Source: Sphingomonas sp. UBA1000 (GTDB lineage: Bacteria; Pseudomonadota; Alphaproteobacteria; Sphingomonadales; Sphingomonadaceae). Taken from it: a stretch of DNA of 34,409 bases. The translations under genes and the position numbers were made by a program. Under the pieces are notes generated by a model, which saw only the letters and a program-made list of their open reading frames with translations, was not told the origin of the DNA and searched no databases. Below are positions 1 to 7,726 of the stretch, piece by piece (positions within the stretch are counted from its first letter, which is position 1; the number at the start of each line of letters is the position of its first letter). Location of the stretch: NCBI GenBank assembly GCA_002291855.1, contig DBAW01000209.1, positions 1 through 34,409 on the forward strand. Reading direction: 5' to 3'.

Positions 1-1560
1 GGCGGCGACGGCTTCGCCCGCGACATCGACGACGAGCGCAGCCAGCACCTCGCGGTCGCGGACCAGCTCGAAGAAGGCGGGATCGGCCTGCCACCAGTCG
101 GCCATGTCGAGGCCGATATGGAGTCCGACCGCTTCGACCGCCGCGCTTCCCGCCGCGAGGCTTTCGCCCATGATCACCGCGATCACATCCATCACCGCCG
201 CGTCGGGCAGGTCGAGCAGCCGCCAGAACAGTGCGGCGAGCGCGTCGCCGTCCGCGCCTTCCACGCTGCCCGCGACCACGGTCGGCTCGTCGGGCGAGAA
301 GCCAAGCAGGCCGAGCACCGCGCGGCGGCGTTCGTCGAACACAGTCTCGCCTTGCACTGTCTCGACGCTTTCGCGGGTCTCGTCGTTGCGCACCGATTGC
401 GGCTCGGCCCGCACGCTCCACAGGTGCGAGCCCGCGATGGCGTGCGCCACCATCAGTCTGAGCGCGACGCCCGGATGGGCGAGCAGCGCCGCGCGCACGG
501 CGGCGTGGCGATGAAGGTCGATATAGACCTGCATCGGGCCGCTGACCTCGGGCCGCGTCGGCTTGGGTTGGACCGCCGAATCCCCTTCCGAAGCCGCTGC
601 GCGGCGGGCTTCCCTGCGCGAGACATAGCCTTCGTGGAACACGACCTCGCCGCTGGCGCGCACGTCGATATAGACGCGCCCGCCCTTGCGCTTGGTCGCC
701 TTCTCATATTCCCAGCTATGGAAATGCTGATCCGGCGGCACGATCACCGCATCGGCCCATCCGGCGTCCAGATATTCGGCGCGGCGCGCTTCGACCACCG
801 CATTCTGCTCCGTCCAGAAGGCGTCCGTATCGGCGAAATAGCTGTCCTCGCCGAACAGGTCGGCGATGGTGACAAGCCCGCTCGCCGCGACGTTGAACAG
901 CGCGTGCCGCGCCGCGATCGACTGCCCGCCGAACAGCCACGCCTTCAATTGGTGGCCGGTCGGCAGATAGGCATTCGGATCGTCGGCGAGCGCCAGCCAT
1001 GCGCGCTGCTGGCTCTTGCTGGCGAGCGTCAGGTGCCGGACGGTCGTCCGGTCGATCTCCTCGCGCGCGTACATCTGGCGGATGCGGGGCAGGAGGTTGC
1101 CGAGCGCGAGGACACGCTTCACCGTCAGTTCGGGAAGCCCGAAGGTCGCGGCGATATCCTCCGGAGCGCGGCCTTCCTTCACCAGCCGGGTGAACGTCTC
1201 CCATTGGGTGACCTCGTCGGGATCGAGCCGCGCCAGATTCTCGATCAGCGAAGCCTCGATGGCGGCGGCATCGTCGTCCGCGTCGAGGATCGCGCAGGGC
1301 ACCGGCTCGGGCTGCGCCGTCTCGTCGGCGACGATCCGCGCAGCGTGGAAGCGGCGGCTTCCGGCGACGATCTCGAAAGCGTCGGGCGCGTGCCCCTCGG
1401 CGTCCTCGGGGCCGGGTTGCGGGCGCACAATCAGCGGCACGAGGATGCCGCGCGCGCGGATCGTGGGGAGGATGTCCGACACGTCGGGCGGGCGCTTGGC
1501 ATAGCGCATGTTGGCCTTGCTGACGGCCAGCTTGTCGAGCGGGATAAAATCGAGTTTCAT
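1..1560 (-). CDS. ParB/RepB/Spo0J-family protein (ParB N-terminal domain), truncated by the left window edge
   Basis: Manual translation from ATG 1560 (RBS AAGGAG): MKLDFIPLDKLAVSKANMR...GILVPLIVR...FEIVAGSRRFHAA...EASLIENLAR, with the ParB GxRR motif. Missing from the ORF track because its stop lies outside the window. Confidence 0.9.
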   Translation of the reverse strand, partial: MKLDFIPLDKLAVSKANMRYAKRPPDVSDILPTIRARGILVPLIVRPQPGPEDAEGHAPDAFEIVAGSRRFHAARIVADETAQPEPVPCAILDADDDAAAIEASLIENLARLDPDEVTQWETFTRLVKEGRAPEDIAATFGLPELTVKRVLALGNLLPRIRQMYAREEIDRTTVRHLTLASKSQQRAWLALADDPNAYLPTGHQLKAWLFGGQSIAARHALFNVAASGLVTIADLFGEDSYFADTDAFWTEQNAVVEARRAEYLDAGWADAVIVPPDQHFHSWEYEKATKRKGGRVYIDVRASGEVVFHEGYVSRREARRAAASEGDSAVQPKPTRPEVSGPMQVYIDLHRHAAVRAALLAHPGVALRLMVAHAIAGSHLWSVRAEPQSVRNDETRESVETVQGETVFDERRRAVLGLLGFSPDEPTVVAGSVEGADGDALAALFWRLLDLPDAAVMDVIAVIMGESLAAGSAAVEAVGLHIGLDMADWWQADPAFFELVRDREVLAALVVDVAGEAVAA

Positions 1561-1580
1561 GGTCAGCACTCCTTGTGAGT

Positions 1581-1617
1581 GCCGGTCCGTCGCTCTTTGC
1601 GGGGATGGCGGACCGGC
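1581..1617. other. Intergenic hairpin
   Basis: GCCGGTCCG (1581-1589) and CGGACCGGC (1609-1617) form a perfect 9-bp stem, extendable with G-T pairs, just upstream of the parB RBS. Confidence 0.55.
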
Positions 1618-1646
1618 TTTGGATAAGCGGCGGAACGCGCCGCGCG

Positions 1647-2081
1647 TCATCCGCCTTTCCCGCCATCGGGATCGGTCGGAAGCTCGGGAACCGGCGCGGA
1701 CTCGATGCGCCGGATGACGGCTTGGGCCTGGAGGATCGAACCGACGCGGCGCGCGGTGTCGGCCCAGACCGACAGGCTCGCGGTCGTCGAAAAGCCGATG
1801 TCGCGCTCGATGCCGAGCCCGAAGGGCAAGCGCAGCGAGGCGATCTCGGACAGGCTGAAACATCCGAGTTCAGGGCATCCGAATCCGAGATCGGCCAAGC
1901 CGAACAGCGTGTCGTCGTCCTCGCCGAGTTCGGTCGCGAGCCATGTCGCCGCGCCCAGCGGATTGAACAGCTTGACCACCGGAACCGGGTCGGGCTCGGG
2001 CCTGCCGCCCTGCGCGGCGGCGCGGCGGTTAATATCGTTGGCGCGTAGCGCGAAGCGCAGCTCGGGGGTGAGGAGGATCAT
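1647..2081 (-). CDS. DUF2958 domain protein (144 aa)
   Basis: MILLTPELR...PVVKLFNPLGAATWLATEL...LFGLADLGFGCPELGCFSLSEI...IERD signature. ATG overlaps the ardC stop (ATGA). Confidence 0.85.
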   Translation of the reverse strand: MILLTPELRFALRANDINRRAAAQGGRPEPDPVPVVKLFNPLGAATWLATELGEDDDTLFGLADLGFGCPELGCFSLSEIASLRLPFGLGIERDIGFSTTASLSVWADTARRVGSILQAQAVIRRIESAPVPELPTDPDGGKGG

Positions 2082-3082
2082 GCCGCCAGCCTCCCTTCCT
2101 GTGCTTCGCCCCCTCGACCCTGCTCGGGACAGGGCCGCCGGGCGAGCAGCCAGTCGGCGGCCTTGCTGGCTTGGCCGGCGGCGCGGAAGATCGCCCGATT
2201 GTCCTCGCGCAGCACGTCGAGCCAGCCCGCCAGATAGTCGGCATGGCGGACGGTCGGCACGATGCCGAGGCTCGCGCACAGGAAGGCCGCGCCCATCTCG
2301 GCGACCAGTTCCTCGCGGGCATAGTCCCTGCTGCCGAATGCGCCGGTCTGGTTGCGGGCGAGCCGCGAGCGGTGGCCGGTCGCGTGGGTCAACTCGTGCA
2401 GGCAGGTGCGGTAATAATTGACCTGCTCGAAGAAGGCGGGCTGCGGCGGGACCTGCACATAGTCCTCGCCCGGCACGTAGAAGGCGCGGTTCCCGCCGAT
2501 GCGGAAATCGACGCCGCTTGCCGCGATCACTTCCTCGGCGACGGGCACGATGTCGCGTTCGGGAAGCGGCAGCGGCTCGGGGGCGAGACCGGGGCGAAGC
2601 CCCTCGCATTGGGCCACGTTGAACACGGTGAAACGCTTGAGGAAGGGGATGGCCTTGGCGTCCTCGCCGCTCTCCCGCGCGCGCTCCTTCTCGGCTTCGG
2701 GGGTGAAGCGGTCGGCATAGACGACGGTGGTGCCGCGCTCGCCCTTGCGGACATTGCCGCCCGCTTCCAGCGCCTGCTTGAAGGTCAGCCAGCCTTGGCT
2801 GGGGAAACCTTCCGCGATGACCGCGCCCCACAGGATCAGCACGTTGATCCCGGAATAATGGCGGCCGGTGAGCGCGTTGCGCGGCAGGCCGGGTACGAGG
2901 CCCGCCGCCTCGGGTCGACCCCAAGGCTGGACCCAAGGAAAGCGCCCCGCCTCAAGCTCGGCGATGATCCGGCGGGTGACCTCCTGGTAGAGGCCGGCGC
3001 GGATTTCGGCCTGCGCGCCGGACGGTTGTCGGGTTCTGCACTGCGGCGTCCGCTTGGCGCGGCGGCTGGGGGTTGCTCGCAT
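2078..3082 (-). CDS. ardC: ArdC-family ssDNA-binding antirestriction protein with zincin-like domain
   Basis: LYQEVTRRIIAELEAGRFPWVQPW, YSGINVLILW, WLTFKQA, VRKGE, VFNVAQ, HELTH (HExxH), YAREELVAE. ATG 3082 has RBS GGAGG. Confidence 0.92.
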   Translation of the reverse strand: MRATPSRRAKRTPQCRTRQPSGAQAEIRAGLYQEVTRRIIAELEAGRFPWVQPWGRPEAAGLVPGLPRNALTGRHYSGINVLILWGAVIAEGFPSQGWLTFKQALEAGGNVRKGERGTTVVYADRFTPEAEKERARESGEDAKAIPFLKRFTVFNVAQCEGLRPGLAPEPLPLPERDIVPVAEEVIAASGVDFRIGGNRAFYVPGEDYVQVPPQPAFFEQVNYYRTCLHELTHATGHRSRLARNQTGAFGSRDYAREELVAEMGAAFLCASLGIVPTVRHADYLAGWLDVLREDNRAIFRAAGQASKAADWLLARRPCPEQGRGGEAQEGRLAA

Positions 3083-3129
3083 GGCTTGCCTCCTTCCCGC
3101 CCCGAAAACCCCATGGCCTTCCCCGGAAA

Positions 3130-3279
3130 GCGGGGGTGGGCGGCGAGAGGCGACCGGAAAGGCGCGGGCCCGAGCGGCGGCGGCACCCGAAGGGCCGCAA
3201 TGGCAATGGAGGAGCCGGCCCGATGGCCGGCTTGCCGCCGCCGCGTCCGCGCCTAGGAGGGCGCGCCGCCCACTCCCGC
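3130..3279. promoter_or_regulatory. ~150-nt nested stem-loop upstream of ardC (ssi/Frpo-like candidate)
   Basis: Three nested stems: 3130-3145/3264-3279 (16 bp, one G-T), 3160-3169/3245-3254 (10 bp, one G-T), 3174-3185/3233-3244 (12 bp perfect). The structure is seen directly; the function is inferred. Confidence 0.55.
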
Positions 3280-3526
3280 GCATCCGGGAGAGGCCGCAAA
3301 CAGCGCCGCCGCGCGGGAGCGCGGCGACCGCTTCAGCGCCAGCCGATCGTCACCGCTAGGCCGAGACCCGCGGCAGCGGGGCTCGGCGGCGAAGGCGCAT
3401 GCCCGAGCCGTAGAGCGCGGTCGCGCGCGGCACGCGCGTGAGGCGCGAACCCTCGCAACGATAATCCGCATTGAGCGAGCTTGGCGTTCCATGGGGTGGC
3501 CGTGCCCTGCTATGCGTGCTTCTCGA

Positions 3527-4876
3527 CTAGCCCCAGAGTTCGCGTGCGATGGCGCCGACATCGGGGTTCGCGCAAAACTCGCAATTAGCAATTCGGGGGC
3601 GAAGAACGCGCACACGCTGGACCGGAGCCCGCCAAGGATCGACAGTCCAATAGTTGGTGCCATCCACCCGACTGTCCGAGCGAAGCAACTCGATGACTTG
3701 GAGCGCACCAGCCAGGACGCTGACGAACGCGAACGGCGCGAGCACCTGCCGGTTGTCCGAGCTCAACAGCGTCTGAGCGGCACAGAGCTGCTTGAACAGG
3801 CTGTCATATGCCATGCCCTCGATCGCCGAGGACGCGACCTGCTGATGCCTTCCCTCGATCGCGGCGGCGGCCGCGGGCGAAATGAAGCCCTGCTTGACCA
3901 TCTCCACCGTGATACCCAGGCCCTCGGCGATTGCGCGCTCGCGCAGATTCTCTTCGGGGACGTGACGATAGGTGCAGGCGAGACAGGCGTGCTCGGTCGG
4001 CTGTCGGTGCGAATGCACGACCACAGCGCGGATGTCGGTCGTCGAAGCGTCGATTACACGACCGGGCAGCTCGGACTGGATCGAGCGCCGCGCGCGCCGG
4101 CTGTCGACCGTGACGATGGCGGTCGCGGGCGGGCCCATCCGCTTGCAGTACGCCCTGAACTCCTCGACGCAGGGCTCGAGCGCAAGGTTCGGGAAATCGC
4201 CTTGTGCCCGCGCGGCCAGCGCACGCGCCTTGTCACGCCCGCCATCGCCGGGCTGGAGATAGACGCAGCGGTTGAAATTGCCCTCGCTCACCGTTTTCGG
4301 GTCGATGATGGGAAGCGTTCCGCGCGCCGCCAGATGGCGCAGCGCGCGCAGGAAGCCATGGCCAACCGCACCGGCGCCGACCAGTATGGCGCCCGACAGA
4401 TAGACGGTGCGGTCGAGCGCGCCGCGCGGCACGCCGAGCGTATCGAAGCGATAGCTGAGCGGAAGCGGCGATGATGGCAGCGACGCATCGTCGATGACGA
4501 GGTGCAGCGCCGCCGCCGCGACCGAACAGGCGGCAATTGTCGCGAACAGCGGATGCGGCGAGGTGGCCGAAGGGGCTACGGGGTCGGCTGCGATCGTCAC
4601 CCCGGCCGCATCGATCGCAGCATGAAGACGCGGCGCGGTCGTCAGCGGCACGGCGTCCCCGATGACGAGTTCGGCATGGACCGCGCCGCCTGGCGTGCGC
4701 GTCACCTCGACAGTGAGTGAAAGCAGGGCAATGATTTCATCGGCCCAGTCGCGGTCGGGCGCGCTAGCGCCAGCGGTGACGAGGACGGTGCGCGCAAGAC
4801 GTTGCGCTGCCTCGTCCTCGCCGATGCCGAGCACAGCAGCAAGCATCCGGGCGTTTTCCTGCTGGGCATTGATCAT
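3527..4876 (-). CDS. bilD: E1-like ubiquitin-activating enzyme (ThiF family), BilD-like
   Basis: GAGAVG nucleotide-binding loop, IDPKTVSEGNFNR adenylation motif, CLAC and CEFC zinc pairs, candidate catalytic Cys in KQLCA within an inserted domain. ATG 4876 overlaps the upstream stop (TGATG). Confidence 0.85.
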   Translation of the reverse strand: MINAQQENARMLAAVLGIGEDEAAQRLARTVLVTAGASAPDRDWADEIIALLSLTVEVTRTPGGAVHAELVIGDAVPLTTAPRLHAAIDAAGVTIAADPVAPSATSPHPLFATIAACSVAAAALHLVIDDASLPSSPLPLSYRFDTLGVPRGALDRTVYLSGAILVGAGAVGHGFLRALRHLAARGTLPIIDPKTVSEGNFNRCVYLQPGDGGRDKARALAARAQGDFPNLALEPCVEEFRAYCKRMGPPATAIVTVDSRRARRSIQSELPGRVIDASTTDIRAVVVHSHRQPTEHACLACTYRHVPEENLRERAIAEGLGITVEMVKQGFISPAAAAAIEGRHQQVASSAIEGMAYDSLFKQLCAAQTLLSSDNRQVLAPFAFVSVLAGALQVIELLRSDSRVDGTNYWTVDPWRAPVQRVRVLRPRIANCEFCANPDVGAIARELWG

Positions 4877-5343
4877 CAGCGGATCTCGATACGGCCGGAG
4901 GGGCCGTGATTGGGAACGTGCAGCCATTCGTTGGTGGGCGAGAGCTCATAGGTCATTGCCTGAACGAGAAAATTCTCGACAGTCGTGGTCGCGGCGAAGC
5001 GGGGCAGGACCAGCGACAGAGCGCCGACATGGCGGACGATCGCCCATTCGTCATCGACTTCGGAATGATAGGCACGACCTGGATGTGTGTGCAGCTGCGC
5101 GAGGATCTTGAGGCGCCTGGTGCGCAGATGCGCCATCAAGGCGCGCATGCTGGGCGGTGGCAGCCGGAAATAATCGATCGCAGTGATCTGCTCCGGCTCA
5201 TAGACTTCCGCCACTGGCTCGGGCGGCGCGGCACTTACCTTGCCGAGCCAGAGCACGACCCGCTCCTTGCGCTGCAGGCCGCCGTTGCGCAGGCGCGCGA
5301 TAGTCTCGAAGAGGATTGCGCGGGGGCAGACGATCCGCGTCAC
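4876..5343 (-). CDS. bilC: JAB/JAMM (Mov34/MPN) deubiquitinase-like peptidase, BilC-like
   Basis: KERVVLW glutamate plus HTHPGRAYHSEVD (HxH-x7-S-x2-D-like JAMM motif). GTG 5343 overlaps the upstream stop (GTGA). Confidence 0.88.
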   Translation of the reverse strand: MTRIVCPRAILFETIARLRNGGLQRKERVVLWLGKVSAAPPEPVAEVYEPEQITAIDYFRLPPPSMRALMAHLRTRRLKILAQLHTHPGRAYHSEVDDEWAIVRHVGALSLVLPRFAATTTVENFLVQAMTYELSPTNEWLHVPNHGPSGRIEIR

Positions 5344-5777
5344 CGCACCGCCCTCTTCCAGGCGCGCCAGAGCTGGCTCAGGATTCCGAGGAGGTCGATG
5401 CCAGGTTTGCCGCGATAGTTCGACCAATGATCGTTCAGATGGCTTTCGTGCGTATGATATTCGAGGGCGCCCCGCATGCAGACAAAGGGGCGTCCCGTGT
5501 TCCGGTGCGGGCCCGGGTGGAAAACACTGCCGACATGCGGCGGCGGCGTGGTGAGACAGGTGCCATCGGCGGCGAGCAGCTCAATACTCGGCGGTAGCTC
5601 ATCCCAGTCGGTACAGGTGAGACGTAGCCGTAGCGGCGTCTCGGTCGGATGGCGGAAGATCACGTCGAGCACCGGAAACCGCGCCGTCACCACCTCCCAG
5701 CGGAATTTTTCCGCCATGCGGCGGTCGAGGCGACCAACGTCGCGCTCGAACGCCGCACGCGAGAGTGCCTCAAGCAT
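5340..5777 (-). CDS. bilB: E2-like ubiquitin-conjugating protein, BilB-like
   Basis: LRLTCTDWDELPPSIEL resembles the E2 YPxxPP strand-loop; PFVCMRGALEYHTHESH carries a candidate catalytic Cys; lies between the Ubl and JAB genes. ATG 5777 overlaps the Ubl stop. Confidence 0.75.
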   Translation of the reverse strand: MLEALSRAAFERDVGRLDRRMAEKFRWEVVTARFPVLDVIFRHPTETPLRLRLTCTDWDELPPSIELLAADGTCLTTPPPHVGSVFHPGPHRNTGRPFVCMRGALEYHTHESHLNDHWSNYRGKPGIDLLGILSQLWRAWKRAVR

Positions 5778-6480
5778 TGCCGCCACCCCCTTCGCGCGCG
5801 CCCCATTCGATATCGACTTCGCCCGACAGGCCGGCCTGAACGAAGCTGTACTGGGGGTTGATGTCGGCGCCATTGACTTGCGCAACCCAGTCGGCGGTGT
5901 CGGTGAGGTTGAGCTTGCGTGCTGCGCGCGCCAGCACGTTCGCGATCAACTCCGCCGGTTCAACACGCAGCGCGCCCTGCGCCGGGAAGACACCGCTCGT
6001 GGTAATCACGGTGACGAGCAACTTGTCGTTGCCGTGACGCGGACGCGAGACGATGTCCTCGACGCCCTGAGGCTCGAACGTGATCGTCGCGCCGGGCCGC
6101 AGCACAATGTCGGGCTCATCCTCGCGCTCGAGCACCCAGTCCTTGCCCGCAGGCGGCTCCCAGTGCGTCAGCAGCTCGTCGACCTCGAGCGTCGCCGTGC
6201 CCCAGACCTGGCTGATCTCGTCAACAGTGAACGCATAGGCGCGGTCGGAGGCGAAGGCGCGGAGAACGCCGCCCTGCTCCTGCTTGAGATCGATCGGGTC
6301 ATCCGCGCCGACGAGCCGCGTGCGGCGGTTGCGGATCAGGATGAGCTGATGCTCGCTCGCCGGAACCAGGCCGATCGCGGTCAGCGCCTCGCGCCCCTTC
6401 ACGACATGGTCCTCGAATCGGACCGTAGTGCCATTCACTTCGATGGCCGAGGTGCGACGCCCATCGTCTGCCTGCGTCAT
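5770..6480 (-). CDS. bilA: Multi-ubiquitin-domain Ubl protein (236 aa, probably three beta-grasp domains), BilA-like
   Basis: ATG 6480 with RBS GGAAGGAG; repeated ~70-80 aa units (IEVNG..., FTVDE...GVEDIVS, VTVITTSG...VNGADI); C-terminus EGGGGNA; first gene of the Ubl-E2-JAB-E1 operon. Confidence 0.82.
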   Translation of the reverse strand: MTQADDGRRTSAIEVNGTTVRFEDHVVKGREALTAIGLVPASEHQLILIRNRRTRLVGADDPIDLKQEQGGVLRAFASDRAYAFTVDEISQVWGTATLEVDELLTHWEPPAGKDWVLEREDEPDIVLRPGATITFEPQGVEDIVSRPRHGNDKLLVTVITTSGVFPAQGALRVEPAELIANVLARAARKLNLTDTADWVAQVNGADINPQYSFVQAGLSGEVDIEWGAREGGGGNA

Positions 6481-6538
6481 GTTCACGTCTCCTTCCCGCC
6501 GCATCGCGGCATTCCGACTCTTGACGATCGAATCATGT

Positions 6539-6619
6539 GGACTAAAGTGCCAAATGAGTCCTGATCTGGACACTGTATGAATCGGGACTCAATATCGCGT
6601 CAAGTCCGAATATGGACTT
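6539..6619. promoter_or_regulatory. Divergent promoter region with GTCC-N6-GGAC palindromic operators
   Basis: AAGTCC-gaatat-GGACTT (6602-6619), GTCC-tgatct-GGAC (6558-6571) and extra GGACT half-sites at 6539 and 6585. Confidence 0.65.
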
Positions 6620-6633
6620 AAGGAGATTTTGTC

Positions 6634-7023
6634 ATGACAACCACCGCTCCCGACGCCCAACCGGGTGCCGGGCAAACCCGGATTCCAGCTGAGCTAGAAG
6701 CTTTTTTCGGGATGGCGGATCGCTGGCGGCTTTCGACGGACGATCAAATCCTGCTGCTCGGTTCCCCCGGCCGATCGACATTCTTCAAGTGGAAGAAGGA
6801 TGGAGGAACACTCCCGGCTGATACGCGCGAACGCCTTTCCCACCTGCTCTCGATCTGGAAAGCACTGCGAATCCTCTTCACGGAAGATGCCCGCGGCGAG
6901 GAATGGATAAGGGCACCAAACAGATATTTCGACGGCGCCAGTGCGCTCGACGTCATGTTGGAGGGCAGTGTTGCCAGCCTATATCGCGTCCGACGCTATC
7001 TGGACGCCCAGCGCGGGGGATAA
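6634..7023 (+). CDS. Xre/MbcA/ParS-family antitoxin (HTH plus DUF2384-type C-terminal domain)
   Basis: FFGMADRWRLSTDDQILLLG..RSTFFKWK, ERLSHLLSIWKALRILF, WIRAPNRYFDGASALDVM, VRRYLDAQRGG; RBS AAGGAG. Confidence 0.9.
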   Translation: MTTTAPDAQPGAGQTRIPAELEAFFGMADRWRLSTDDQILLLGSPGRSTFFKWKKDGGTLPADTRERLSHLLSIWKALRILFTEDARGEEWIRAPNRYFDGASALDVMLEGSVASLYRVRRYLDAQRGG

Positions 7024-7030
7024 AGATACA

Positions 7031-7726
7031 ATGGTGCGCGTGATCTCTTGGGCGATGGACGGTTATCGGCTCATTCCCTCACGTTTCCCGCCCGTCTCGG
7101 TTTACGAGGGGCTGGTCGCAAACGACCGACTTGAGGCATTGACCAATTTAGAAGCGCTGACCAACCCGCGGCTCCGCTCGGAAGCGCGGCTTGCCGCCAA
7201 TACAGACCCGGCCTCCACACATCGGATCCAGAATTGGAACCTCGCGCCGTTTGCCTATGGCAATCCCGAAGGCAGCACTTTCTTTGGGGAGGAACGGCCT
7301 TGTCTCGAACTCGCTGCCGACCCACAGACTGCGCTCGCTATCGCCGTTGCCCGACGCGAGCGTTTTTTGGGGCGAACCGACGAGGCTCCGACTGGCCTCG
7401 ATATGCGGATGCTGAAGACTCCGATCGAAGGCCGTTTCTGGGACTTGCGATCAATCGCTGTCGATCTCGACCGCGATGCGCGACTGGAGCTCGGGACGAG
7501 ACTGCCCGACGATGCTGACGGCATTCTATTTCACCCGCCCGAGCGACCGTATGGGACCTGCGCCGTGGTCCTCAATGGGGATCGTCTCGGGCGCACGCTT
7601 CAGACGACCCATTATCGGTTCGTCTGGAATGGACAGCGCATCGCCTTGCTCTATGCCTTTGATGATATCGGCCGCGAGATCGAGCCTGAAATGCTTGTCG
7701 GAGAGCGGGATGTTCTGGCGGCCTAG
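7031..7726 (+). CDS. RES-domain protein with an apparently degenerate active site
   Basis: YRLIPSRFPP, EALTNPRLR, RERFL, LDMR, DLR and HYRFVWNG match the ~230-aa RES family that follows Xre antitoxins. The catalytic R, E and S positions appear substituted. Confidence 0.82.
   Translation: MVRVISWAMDGYRLIPSRFPPVSVYEGLVANDRLEALTNLEALTNPRLRSEARLAANTDPASTHRIQNWNLAPFAYGNPEGSTFFGEERPCLELAADPQTALAIAVARRERFLGRTDEAPTGLDMRMLKTPIEGRFWDLRSIAVDLDRDARLELGTRLPDDADGILFHPPERPYGTCAVVLNGDRLGRTLQTTHYRFVWNGQRIALLYAFDDIGREIEPEMLVGERDVLAA

Noticed and set aside
118-1578. 486-aa plus-strand ORF
   Set aside because: Antisense shadow of the minus-strand parB-like gene, which has the real motifs and an RBS.
1647-2936. 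429-aa ORF as a single protein
   Set aside because: Only the last 144 aa (from ATG 2081) look like DUF2958; the rest is an alternative frame over ardC.
3527-6480. Reading the operon as CBASS Cap2/Cap3 or as ThiF/MoeB sulfur-carrier biosynthesis
   Set aside because: There is no CD-NTase or effector, E1 and E2 are separate genes, no thiamine or molybdopterin genes are nearby, and a multi-domain Ubl leads the operon, which fits Bil.
6634-7726. Calling the pair an ordinary active Xre-RES toxin-antitoxin system
   Set aside because: The putative toxin appears to lack the R, E and S catalytic residues, so toxicity cannot be assumed. This still needs a formal alignment.
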